Below are positions 44,859 to 53,797 of a DNA stretch of 64,000 bases, piece after piece. The notes beneath the pieces were generated by a model. It was not told the origin of the DNA. It saw only the letters and a list, made by a program, of their open reading frames with translations, and ran no database searches. The stretch lies in the IMG/VR virus record IMGVR_UViG_3300047557_002530; one strand, given 5' to 3'. The position numbers and the translations under genes are program-made. This stretch comes from a virus. Lineage: Duplodnaviria > Caudoviricetes. Every line of letters starts with the position of its first letter. The first letter of the stretch is position 1.

Positions 44859-46172
44859 ATGTCAGTAAATACTCAAACATCAACAATACAAAAATTTGAA
44901 ATTTATTCACACACTCCTGGAAAATCTGTTAGTGTAGATGCAGGTAGTCCAAGGATTGAATATCGTGAGAGTATGATAGATAATACTATTCGTTTGACTT
45001 CATATTTTATTGAAGGTGGAGATAGTGCTAATGATGGATCTAAAACAATCAGTGCGTTAGAATCACTTAACATACAAGGTGCAGAAAAAGTACTATTTAA
45101 ATGCAGTGATAAAAGGGGAAATATTTTGGATCTTAGTAAGGATACTTCTTTAAGAGTATCAAACAGAGTTCATGAATATAAAACACTGAAGAGTACATCT
45201 TATATTCTACAGATGGTTTCAAAAGAATTTTTTGATAATAAAGAACTAGAGAGAGCAGTTCTTAGAAAATATACTGGTAAAATATCTGACTCTGTGAATA
45301 AGATTTTAAAAGAAGATCTTAAAACCGATAAGGATCTTTTTATTAGTCCAACATTAAAAGATTGTAATGATTTTGGATTAAGAAAACCACCATTTGAAGT
45401 CATTCTTGAGTTACAACAATTGGCAATTCCTGCTTTTAAAAAATCTGAAAATAAAACTGCTGGATTTTTCTTTTGGCAAACTTCAAAGGGATTTTATTTT
45501 AAGTCTCCTGATGAGATTTTTAATTCAAAACCAATAAAGAAATACATTTATAATTTTGCTGTTGATAGAGAAGTGCCTGATGGATATACTGATAAAATTA
45601 AACAACTCTATGTGAATAGGAGCGTTGATGTTGAAAGACAAATGGACCATGGTGCTTATGGTACAGTAACTGAAACATTTGATTTTTATTCTCTAGAGGT
45701 CAATAAAAACGCTCCATTATTAGCACAGGAGGCAGGAAAAGTTTTATCTGGAAAAGAACTTCCAAAATATGGTGATTATTTTAAAAAACCAACTAAGTAT
45801 TTGGCAATACCTGAATCTATTGGTATGGCATATATGACTGGTGATTCTATTGATTTGCAACTTGATAAATCAAAAAAAGAAAACTTTAGTGTTGAGACAA
45901 TCGCGCAAGCAGTCCAGAACTATCGTCAAAGGTTAAACTATATGATTGAGGTTGTAATAGATGCAGACTTTAGTTTACAGGCGGGTGATTTGATTCGTTG
46001 TGATTTACCACCTTTGTCTAGTGCAAAAACTCCGGAACCAAATGCTATTGATAGTGGTATATATATGATATTGGAGTTATGTCATTTCATTTCACCTAGG
46101 AGTGCCGGAACAGATTCCTCTTTTTATACTGGATTAGTTCTGGTTAGAGACTCTTACGGCATAAAAAATTAA
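44859..46172 (+). CDS. baseplate hub protein (gp27-like)
   Basis: FFFWQTSKGFYFKS, LQAGDLI, Y.ILELCH; synteny before gp5-like genes. Confidence 0.6.
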   Translation: MSVNTQTSTIQKFEIYSHTPGKSVSVDAGSPRIEYRESMIDNTIRLTSYFIEGGDSANDGSKTISALESLNIQGAEKVLFKCSDKRGNILDLSKDTSLRVSNRVHEYKTLKSTSYILQMVSKEFFDNKELERAVLRKYTGKISDSVNKILKEDLKTDKDLFISPTLKDCNDFGLRKPPFEVILELQQLAIPAFKKSENKTAGFFFWQTSKGFYFKSPDEIFNSKPIKKYIYNFAVDREVPDGYTDKIKQLYVNRSVDVERQMDHGAYGTVTETFDFYSLEVNKNAPLLAQEAGKVLSGKELPKYGDYFKKPTKYLAIPESIGMAYMTGDSIDLQLDKSKKENFSVETIAQAVQNYRQRLNYMIEVVIDADFSLQAGDLIRCDLPPLSSAKTPEPNAIDSGIYMILELCHFISPRSAGTDSSFYTGLVLVRDSYGIKN

Positions 46173-46184
46173 TTTAAGAAACTT

Positions 46185-46400
46185 ATGGAAAAGTCACTTC
46201 AGCAACACATTAACGATGATCGTGATGAGATAGATAATCCAAATACAAGCAGTCAACGCCGCCGTCATTTAGAAGATGAACTTGATTCTCTTGAAAAATA
46301 TCAGGCAAATCATCCAGATGACGATCACGATCCAACATCATTAGAACTTTACTGTGACGGACACCCAGATGCTCTTGAATGTAGAATTTACGAAGATTAA
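46185..46400 (+). CDS. cp12: CP12 Calvin-cycle inhibitor
   Basis: C-terminal PTSLELYCDGHPDALECRIYED (C-x8-C). Confidence 0.85.
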   Translation: MEKSLQQHINDDRDEIDNPNTSSQRRRHLEDELDSLEKYQANHPDDDHDPTSLELYCDGHPDALECRIYED

Positions 46401-46402
46401 AA

Positions 46403-48712
46403 ATGACCTCAAACTTGTATCAACCCTATGTTTATGATCCCGATAAAGAATATGAATTTATAGGTATAGGTCAAATTGTCGATCCAAAAACCTATAAACT
46501 TTTTTGTGTTCCTAATAAAGGAGACACAAAAGGTGAAGATGCAAAAGGTTGGGGAGAAAGATATAAAGTAAGACTTTGTTTTAGGAATTCAAATGAAACA
46601 AAGGATGAAGATTTGATTGATGCAACTCGTCATATGTCCTTTCCATCAGGACATGCTGGATTGCAGATTTATGTTCCACTAGCACCAAATACTTTTGTTA
46701 ATATTCATAAAAACAGACTGAATAGGCAATACGTTATATCAAGTGTAATTGGTAGTTCATTATGTTCTTTTAGTGATAACAAAGATCCGAAGCAAGGTTG
46801 TGCTCCAAGGTCTGGTTTTGGTGCAGGGATTGGTGGATTTACTGTACCAGATACAAATACTGACGGCGGAAAAGTAGTCAATGAAAATGGTGCTGGTGCC
46901 GATTGTACTATTTCCGCAGCAGATAAGCAACAGCAAGATTTAAACAAATATATTTTTGCACCATCTGCTTGTACTCCCGTAGATTCTAATGCGATTAATC
47001 GCGATTTAATCAATCTCAAAAAAGATATTGAAGGTTTAAGAAATAAAATTAATGGTCCAAATAGTGCTCTCTCTAATGCAGAAAAGTTTTTAAGTGAGGC
47101 ACAACAAAAAGTAAGTTCATATGCAGATAAGATTACTGGTTGGATTAAATGGTTAATTGATGAAATAAAACTTAGAGTAGAAAGAGGTGTTAACTGGACT
47201 GTCAATAAAGCAAAGGCAGCATTATATTTAAATCAAAGAGTTCCTTTGCAAGAAAAGAAAACAACCGCCTTGGACTTGATTGCTTGTTTATTCAATAAGA
47301 TATTAGATAACTTGAGCTCTTTGATAGAGCAGTTTTTGAATCAAATTATTGGTCGTTATGTTAATATGGCAGTTTGTGCCATTGAAAAATTTTTAAATGA
47401 ATTAGTAGGTCAAATTCTAGGGCAAATTTTAGCAGCAGTTAATGGAATACTTGGCGCAGTACTGGGAACTATTGCTGGTATCAAAGGTCTTGTTGATTCT
47501 GTTTTAAACGCTATTGTTTCTTTACTGGACTTTTTATCTTGCGATGTAAAGGCACAGTGTCCGGATGTAAAGGAATGGAATTTCCTTGAAGGTGGTAAAC
47601 CATCTAGCGTGGCTTTAGATGTAAATGCTATTTTTAATTCTGCCAAGTCAATTATATCTTCAGCAAAATCTATTGTTGATCCAAATAACTTTAAGTTTAA
47701 TCTTGATATCAACTCAATGATTGTTGGTGTTGGTGATGCTTGTAATGTTGGACCTATTCTGTGTGGTCCTCCTAAAATTTCTTTCTGGGGTGGTGGCGGA
47801 CAAGGCGCTACAGGCAATGCAATTGTTAGTGCTGCAGGTGACATTCTGGGTATTGATATTATTTCTCCTGGATTTGGTTACACCAAAGCACCATTTGTAA
47901 GCATTGAAGACTCTTGTGGAAGAGGAAAAGGTGCCACTGCTGTTGCTGTGATTGGTGACGTTCCGTATGTTCCACCTGTTACTGGAATTGGAAGCACAGT
48001 AACTGTCGGAACAACTGGAATAGGAACAACAGGAACAACTGGAATAGGAACAACAGGAACCACACCAAACCTAGGAGACATTGTAAAGGGAATAACGAAA
48101 ATTGTTATGATTGATAATGGAACCGAGTATCTACCAAGACCTGATGGCAGTAAAGGTGGTGATGAAAGAACGTGGGCTACAAGGTGCCAATCAACAATAA
48201 GAAGAGCAGATGGCAACTGGGAATATCCTTATAATCCTGGGGAGATTATGAATATTAAAGTTGGAGATTACGTTCAACTTGCAGGAGAATCTCCATTCGT
48301 TTCTATTAATGAGGAAAGTGTCACTGCTCCGCAGTGTCCGCCAGAAGACATTCCAATTACTGGACCAACAATTCCTAATGGATCTTATCCAGTAATCATT
48401 GAAATAGTTGATACCGAAATCACTAATCCTGGATTTGGTTATACTTCTGGTGATACTATAGTGATTAATCCAAGTAATGGAACCCAGATGACCCCGCAGT
48501 TTGGATACAACGGACAACTCACTGGCATTACTATGGTAAAAACTGGAATAGGATTTACTGAACTCCCTGAAATAGGTATAGATAGTAGTACAGGTCATAA
48601 TGCGGTTATCAAACCAGTCTTTAAAGTTCTAAAGGGCGATGGATTGATTACAAGACTTGGTGCAGTAGATACAATTATAAACGTTGTAGATTGTGTAGGT
48701 AAACCTGGATGA
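46403..48712 (+). CDS. gp5-like baseplate hub protein (N-terminal part)
   Basis: GQIVD...RYKVR OB-fold-like start, helical middle, I...G.GYT repeats. Confidence 0.55.
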   Translation: MTSNLYQPYVYDPDKEYEFIGIGQIVDPKTYKLFCVPNKGDTKGEDAKGWGERYKVRLCFRNSNETKDEDLIDATRHMSFPSGHAGLQIYVPLAPNTFVNIHKNRLNRQYVISSVIGSSLCSFSDNKDPKQGCAPRSGFGAGIGGFTVPDTNTDGGKVVNENGAGADCTISAADKQQQDLNKYIFAPSACTPVDSNAINRDLINLKKDIEGLRNKINGPNSALSNAEKFLSEAQQKVSSYADKITGWIKWLIDEIKLRVERGVNWTVNKAKAALYLNQRVPLQEKKTTALDLIACLFNKILDNLSSLIEQFLNQIIGRYVNMAVCAIEKFLNELVGQILGQILAAVNGILGAVLGTIAGIKGLVDSVLNAIVSLLDFLSCDVKAQCPDVKEWNFLEGGKPSSVALDVNAIFNSAKSIISSAKSIVDPNNFKFNLDINSMIVGVGDACNVGPILCGPPKISFWGGGGQGATGNAIVSAAGDILGIDIISPGFGYTKAPFVSIEDSCGRGKGATAVAVIGDVPYVPPVTGIGSTVTVGTTGIGTTGTTGIGTTGTTPNLGDIVKGITKIVMIDNGTEYLPRPDGSKGGDERTWATRCQSTIRRADGNWEYPYNPGEIMNIKVGDYVQLAGESPFVSINEESVTAPQCPPEDIPITGPTIPNGSYPVIIEIVDTEITNPGFGYTSGDTIVINPSNGTQMTPQFGYNGQLTGITMVKTGIGFTELPEIGIDSSTGHNAVIKPVFKVLKGDGLITRLGAVDTIINVVDCVGKPG
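48008..48060 (+). repeat. 24-bp coding tandem repeat (GTTGIGTT x2+)
   Basis: GGAACAACTGGAATAGGAACAACA twice, then GGAAC. Confidence 0.9.
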
Positions 48713-49323
48713 GTAAAAGATTAGAAACGAGTTGGGACTATTCCCGCATTGGTACAACTCAAGGTGAATTGAGATTTGGTGATGTAATGCTTAATGGCAC
48801 TAAGCTTGCCGCATTAATTCGTAATTCAAATCCAGCAAAGCCATCAGACCATTTTATGGCATATGGTAGTTCTGGTAAATTTGCTGGTTCAACTTGGAAT
48901 CAATGTCCTGGAGTTTATCAGATTATCTGTGGAACTACTCCCGTTGATGGTGTTGCTTTTGTTACTTATGCAGAGAACGGAGATGTAATCATCGGTGCTC
49001 CTGGGGGCAGATTGAGACTTTATGCTAAGGACATAGATCTTATTGCAACTGGAACTGATACTAAAACTGGGTATGTAAATATTATAACCAACCAAGGAAT
49101 AGAACTTCAGGCTGGTTCGTCAATCAATATACAATCAAAGACAAATCTTACTATTGCTGCAGAGAGACAAGTTCAAATTGCTTCTCCTGGGAATATTAAA
49201 ATTACAGGTCCAGGTGAATGGTTTGAAGATTGTGACTTTACCTTTGGTCCTACAGTAGGAACAATTACGGCATTGAAATTTTTAGATGGTCTTAAAAAAA
49301 TGATAGGTAGTATCGGAGGTTAA
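48709..49323 (+). CDS. putative spike/beta-helix baseplate protein
   Basis: Beta-repeat-like composition, coupled to the gp5-like gene. Confidence 0.5.
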   Translation: MSKRLETSWDYSRIGTTQGELRFGDVMLNGTKLAALIRNSNPAKPSDHFMAYGSSGKFAGSTWNQCPGVYQIICGTTPVDGVAFVTYAENGDVIIGAPGGRLRLYAKDIDLIATGTDTKTGYVNIITNQGIELQAGSSINIQSKTNLTIAAERQVQIASPGNIKITGPGEWFEDCDFTFGPTVGTITALKFLDGLKKMIGSIGG

Positions 49324-49324
49324 T

Positions 49325-50284
49325 ATGGCTGGTTTTGGAAATCTCTTAGTCGGAGGTCAGTTTCAAGTTACCGCAGGTCTTCCTAAAGGAGTTCCTGGAC
49401 CACCTGCAACAGCACTTGGTGGTAGTGCTGCTGGTCCTCCAGTAAATGGTAGTGCTTGGATTGAAGGTCCTGCGTTAATTGGTTCACCTCTTACATATCC
49501 TTCTCCAAGACCTCTTGCTACTATGATGTTAGGTAGAACTAAAAACTACCTGGCACCAGAGGCAAATGGATTGCCTATTTTGATGATAAGTAGTAGAGCA
49601 TCTGCACCCACTCCAACAGATCTTTTGATTGGAGATCCATCAGGACCAGTTGGACTTACTGCTACTCTTGCGCCAAAAGTTACTGTTACTGTTCTGGGGA
49701 AAACAACTTATACTTGCCCCAAAACAACTGCGTTAGGTATACTAGAATGGTCTGGGAAAATAGATGTTAAAGGAAATACTATTTTTAAAGGTCGTAGTGT
49801 TACGACTGGCACGAAAGTTATTAATGGACCAACAACAATTAATGGACCTTTGACAGTTAAAGGTTTATGCAATATTAAAGGTTTTCTTAAGTTTGAACGT
49901 TCAATCGTCGGTACTACCAAAAAGTTTGATATTCCACACCCAACCAAAGAAAATCATCGATTAGCGCATTCTTGTATTGAAGGTCCAGAGAATGGAGTTT
50001 ACTACAGAGGAAGACTTACAAACTCAAATGTAATCAATCTGCCTGATTATTGGAGAGGACTGGTAGATCCGGAAACAATCACAGTTACATTGACTCCACA
50101 TAGTTCATATCAAGAGTTATATGTAAAAAATATTGAATGGGGCACTAAAATTAATGTGTTAAATAATTCTGGTGGACTTATTGACTGTAGTTATACAGTA
50201 TTTGCAAAGAGAAAAGACGTTGCAGATTTAGTTGTTGAATATGAAGGAAATGAATCAAAAGAATGGGGCACAGTAGGAAAGTAA
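49325..50284 (+). CDS. spike/tail protein with C-terminal chaperone/peptidase-S74-like domain
   Basis: KKFDIPHPTKENHRLAHSCIEGPENGVYYRGRL ... LPDYWRGLV. Confidence 0.6.
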   Translation: MAGFGNLLVGGQFQVTAGLPKGVPGPPATALGGSAAGPPVNGSAWIEGPALIGSPLTYPSPRPLATMMLGRTKNYLAPEANGLPILMISSRASAPTPTDLLIGDPSGPVGLTATLAPKVTVTVLGKTTYTCPKTTALGILEWSGKIDVKGNTIFKGRSVTTGTKVINGPTTINGPLTVKGLCNIKGFLKFERSIVGTTKKFDIPHPTKENHRLAHSCIEGPENGVYYRGRLTNSNVINLPDYWRGLVDPETITVTLTPHSSYQELYVKNIEWGTKINVLNNSGGLIDCSYTVFAKRKDVADLVVEYEGNESKEWGTVGK

Positions 50285-50287
50285 ATT

Positions 50288-51646
50288 ATGGATCCTAGAT
50301 ATTATTCAGTTGTTAATGACGATTTAAAGGCAAAGTTAGATGGTTCTTATTCTGCTATTGAGGATTCTACAGAGGCAATCATTGAAACTGATGCAACAAA
50401 AGGTGCATATGACGATATTATAACTTCGTTGGACGTAGATATTTTTAATGAGATTCAAAGCGTAAACTCAAATATTGTTGATGTTGCTAGTGCATATCAA
50501 GATAGAATCAATGTTGGTTGTAGGACTGATGTATTTTGGAGACTGACTGGGACTGCAGGAACAACTTATACTTTAGTAGCAACTCAACTTTCTCTTGCTG
50601 GTTATGCAGGAACTCTTCCTAGTGTTGAATATTTTAATGGCGTTGGGTTTGTAACTTATGGCAACTACAGTACTTTTGGTTTTAGTACAGAAAGTGCATA
50701 TGGAGTTAAGTATTATAATGAACCAGTAACAGAAGATTTTGAAGATACTTTTGTCACTAGTTTTATTGGAACAATTTCTACAGGTTCCAATAAACTCATT
50801 GCTTTATCTGTTGTAGGTTCTTCTTCAACTCTTGGTATCACCACAGGACAGTTAGTTACCTCATCAAAATCTGGTGTTCTTCCCTCTTCAAGTAATATTG
50901 TGGGTATTGGGACAACTACATTGTCTCAATCTATTCTGGGAATATCTACAGAATCTCCAGTCACTATTTTGACATTAGATACTACAGCAACTGGAACTGC
51001 ATCAGCACCAGAATCTGATGGATCTTATGTGTCCTTTACTATTTCAAAATCAACAACACAATTTACGTATGATGATTATGAGATATTTGCAGAAAGTGAT
51101 CCATTTATTCCACAAACCATTGGTATTATGACGACTGGTGATATTGGTATTGGTGTATCAATCAAATATGATAACTCTGGATATCTTTCCAATCCAATTT
51201 CCTGGAATCCATACCTTGTTGATCCAGAAGATCCAAATACTTTTGAACCTAATGTTGGTGCAGGTACGTATTATCTAAAAGTTGGATTTTCTTCTTACCC
51301 AGTTACTTTAAGTGGACAAAGGGTTGCTGTTGGTTTTGTTACTACTGTTGATGCAACTCAATTTAGTGGTATTCTTTCAGCAACTTCTGCTTGTCCTACT
51401 CAAGAGACAAACTTGACTAATGCAATTAATGCCCTAAATACTGCGAAGTCTGATATAACCTCTGGTATTAGCACACTTAATTATAAAATAGACGTTGCAA
51501 ATACCTTTAGAGAGCAAAGAAAAGAGTTCCAATCCGAAATTTGGGGATTGAGACAACAAATCGCATCATATCGCGCTGATATTATTAACTACGAAAAAGC
51601 ACTCAACTATCTTGGTGTATCTACAGTAACAAATGTAATCTTATGA
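50288..51646 (+). CDS. virion structural protein (putative)
   Basis: 452 aa, S/T/G-rich with terminal coiled coils, in the tail module. Confidence 0.6.
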   Translation: MDPRYYSVVNDDLKAKLDGSYSAIEDSTEAIIETDATKGAYDDIITSLDVDIFNEIQSVNSNIVDVASAYQDRINVGCRTDVFWRLTGTAGTTYTLVATQLSLAGYAGTLPSVEYFNGVGFVTYGNYSTFGFSTESAYGVKYYNEPVTEDFEDTFVTSFIGTISTGSNKLIALSVVGSSSTLGITTGQLVTSSKSGVLPSSSNIVGIGTTTLSQSILGISTESPVTILTLDTTATGTASAPESDGSYVSFTISKSTTQFTYDDYEIFAESDPFIPQTIGIMTTGDIGIGVSIKYDNSGYLSNPISWNPYLVDPEDPNTFEPNVGAGTYYLKVGFSSYPVTLSGQRVAVGFVTTVDATQFSGILSATSACPTQETNLTNAINALNTAKSDITSGISTLNYKIDVANTFREQRKEFQSEIWGLRQQIASYRADIINYEKALNYLGVSTVTNVIL

Positions 51647-51966
51647 AATTTCAACATCCAATAGACAAGTCCAAAACTCTTCATTACGAACACCCATTAA
51701 CTAATAAACACCTTGTATTCACTCAAGGTCGTATTTCTAGTGGAAAATATATTCAACTTCCCCCAGAATGGGAAGGTTTAATCAATCCATCAACGATTAC
51801 CGTCCACCTAACGCAAGTTGGTGCAGATCAAGCACTCGTTGTAAAGAGGATTGAAGACCTTAAGGTATATCTAAGCACTAATGGTATGCCAGCAAATTGT
51901 TACTATTTGGTGTTTGCCGAAAGACGTGACCTGCCTCGCCCTGAAACGCTTGACACTGACCTCTGA
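51643..51966 (+). CDS. stand-alone paralog of the C-terminal domain of 49325..50284
   Basis: QLPPEWEGLINPSTITVHLT vs NLPDYWRGLVDPETITVTLT; YYLVFAERRD vs YTVFAKRKD. Confidence 0.7.
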   Translation: MKFQHPIDKSKTLHYEHPLTNKHLVFTQGRISSGKYIQLPPEWEGLINPSTITVHLTQVGADQALVVKRIEDLKVYLSTNGMPANCYYLVFAERRDLPRPETLDTDL

Positions 51967-52003
51967 TCGTGTTATGATAATTGGGTAATCAAAGGACGAC
52001 CGA

Positions 52004-52186
52004 ATGCAAGACGAGTACCTCTCACGCTGCGTTGTGGACCCCATCAAGCGTACAGTGTATCTGTATTCTAATGAAGGTTCAGAAAAGCAAGTGACCTGTG
52101 ATACAGTAGATGAGTTTATGAATGTGCTAAAGTTCGTTCGTGCTACAGTGGATGAAGAGACACTTTCTTATGCAAGTCCTCTCTGA
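52004..52186 (+). CDS. hypothetical protein
   Basis: 60-aa ORF after TTGACA...GATAAT promoter, RBS GGA. Confidence 0.7.
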   Translation: MQDEYLSRCVVDPIKRTVYLYSNEGSEKQVTCDTVDEFMNVLKFVRATVDEETLSYASPL

Positions 52187-52266
52187 AACCAAAATGGACT
52201 TTTAATTCCATTTTAGGTCCAAAAAAATTCCCGGTAAAAATTGCCTCTATTACTTTTTTGAAAACT

Positions 52267-52470
52267 ATGGTTTACAAAATCTCATACAAAGACCTTAAAG
52301 AAGAGACTGTTAAAACCACTCCTGAAAATGTAAAAGAGGCAAATGAGGCACTCTTTTCTGCAAAGTGGAATCTTCCTAAAGCCGCAAAGCACTGTGGAAT
52401 GAGTATTAAAGAGATGCGCTTGACATTCTTTGAGTATCTGAAGTATAATGATGTAACTTACAAAGCGTAA
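52267..52470 (+). CDS. hypothetical protein (possible HTH)
   Basis: WNLPKAAKHCGMS HTH-like motif. Confidence 0.6.
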   Translation: MVYKISYKDLKEETVKTTPENVKEANEALFSAKWNLPKAAKHCGMSIKEMRLTFFEYLKYNDVTYKA

Positions 52471-52477
52471 GTTTTTT

Positions 52478-52915
52478 ATGAAAATATATGGTCCTTACAC
52501 AGCAAAAGACGGAAGACAAAGAATTGTTCTCTATGAAAATGGTAAAAGAACAACAGTTTCTTATCCAAAATATCTTTTAGAACAAAAACTTGGTAGACCA
52601 CTTTTACCTGATGAAACCTGCGACCATATAGATGGTGATTTTACCAACAACTCACTTGACAACTTACAAGTTTTGAGTAGAGTAGATAACATAAGGAAAC
52701 ACGCAGCAGTACATAACAGAGCAGAAATGATTTGTTGTGTATGTCCTGAATGTGATAAATCTTTCTATAAACCAGCAAGAGACATTAGACATAACAATCT
52801 AAAACAACAAAAAGTTGGTCCATTTTGTTCTAAATCTTGTGCTGGAAAATATAGTCAAAGGTTAAATAAAACTTTTAGAGGAGGAAAACCAAATCTAAAC
52901 TACAAGCCCGTGTGA
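52478..52915 (+). CDS. HNH endonuclease with C-terminal Zn finger, overlapping a tRNA
   Basis: CDHIDGDFTNNSLDNLQVL..DN; CPECDKSF...FCSKSC; stop TGA at 52913-52915 inside the tRNA. Confidence 0.88.
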   Translation: MKIYGPYTAKDGRQRIVLYENGKRTTVSYPKYLLEQKLGRPLLPDETCDHIDGDFTNNSLDNLQVLSRVDNIRKHAAVHNRAEMICCVCPECDKSFYKPARDIRHNNLKQQKVGPFCSKSCAGKYSQRLNKTFRGGKPNLNYKPV

Positions 52916-52979
52916 CCCAGCGGAATGAGGTTCTCGACTTAAAATCGAGCAGTCGGCGGTTCGAATCCGCCCACGGGTA
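52906..52979 (+). tRNA. tRNA with TAA anticodon (nominally Leu), short variable loop
   Basis: GCCCGTG/CACGGGT acceptor, CTCGA-CTTAAAA-TCGAG anticodon arm, GGCGG-TTCGAAT-CCGCC T arm. Confidence 0.85.
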
Positions 52980-53021
52980 TGAGGTTCTTCCTCTAAATAA
53001 ACAAAAGTAAAGGACTATTCT

Positions 53022-53291
53022 ATGAAATACAGAATAGATGCCAGATACGTTTGGTATAATCGCGGAACTCAAATAGTTCTATTGTACTTTATAAATCAGA
53101 TTCCTTTTACTTTTGACGATCTTCCAAAAGACTCTTTGTTCGATTTGGAACTGATCAAATTGGCAGATAACGAAAGAAGGTTTGAACCAGAAGACCTTTA
53201 TCAAGCATCATACTATTTGATGCTTGAAGAATGTCATCCACTCTTATATGAGTTGGAACTGGAAAATCCAGAAATGTTACCTGCTGATTAA
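53022..53291 (+). CDS. hypothetical cyanophage protein
   Basis: 89-aa ORF with TAAATA and RBS AAGGA upstream. Confidence 0.75.
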   Translation: MKYRIDARYVWYNRGTQIVLLYFINQIPFTFDDLPKDSLFDLELIKLADNERRFEPEDLYQASYYLMLEECHPLLYELELENPEMLPAD

Positions 53292-53292
53292 T

Positions 53293-53364
53293 GCCCTTGT
53301 AGCTCAGTGGTAGAGCAACGGTTTTGTAAACCGTTGGTCGCTGGTTCAAATCCAGTCGGGGGCT
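53293..53364 (+). tRNA. tRNA-Thr(TGT)
   Basis: GCCCTTG/CGGGGGC acceptor, AGCTCAGTGGTAGAGC D arm, ACGGT-TTTGTAA-ACCGT anticodon arm. Confidence 0.95.
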
Positions 53365-53382
53365 CTGAGTTCTATAACTCCA

Positions 53383-53541
53383 ATGTCACTTATTTCACAA
53401 ACCGACCGTCAAATGGTCATTGAAGCACTTGAATATTATGTTCAAAAACTTAAGGAAGATAACTGCACTCCTGCCTCTATCGGTGCATTCCAAACCCTCC
53501 TTAACTGGATCGAACTTGAGCATTTCAAACATGCGGATTAA
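53383..53541 (+). CDS. 52-aa hypothetical protein
   Basis: MSLISQTDRQMVIEALEYYVQKLK...*, not in the track. Confidence 0.65.
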   Translation: MSLISQTDRQMVIEALEYYVQKLKEDNCTPASIGAFQTLLNWIELEHFKHAD

Positions 53542-53710
53542 TTTATGGTTCTGTCCGGAAATGAAACAATGGCGCTGGACACTTATAAAGAATGATGTTC
53601 CCATTTGTAAACAAGAATCTGGACAAAGACCAGATTTACATACTGCTATGGAAGATATAGCAAACACTGTAAAATACTTAATGAGTCAAAATATAAATAA
53701 TGATGCCTGA
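53531..53710 (+). CDS. 59-aa hypothetical protein
   Basis: MRINLWFCPEMKQWRWTL...ESGQRPDL; start placed at 53531. Confidence 0.65.
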   Translation: MRINLWFCPEMKQWRWTLIKNDVPICKQESGQRPDLHTAMEDIANTVKYLMSQNINNDA

Positions 53711-53784
53711 AGTTGACTGCAATCTCTACAGGTTGGAGAGGAGAAATCCTCTCCTTTGTATTATAAATATTAATGCAGTCAACT
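53711..53784 (+). promoter_or_regulatory. HEG control region: long inverted repeat enclosing a terminator and a late promoter
   Basis: AGTTGACTGCA / TGCAGTCAACT; GGAGAGGA-GAAA-TCCTCTCC-TTT; TATAAATA at 53762. Confidence 0.75.
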
Positions 53785-53797
53785 AAAGAGCAGAGTT

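Noticed and set aside
53420-53710. 96-aa track ORF as one gene
   Set aside because: The 5' part overlaps a better-supported ORF (53383..53541); the real start is more likely ATG 53531.
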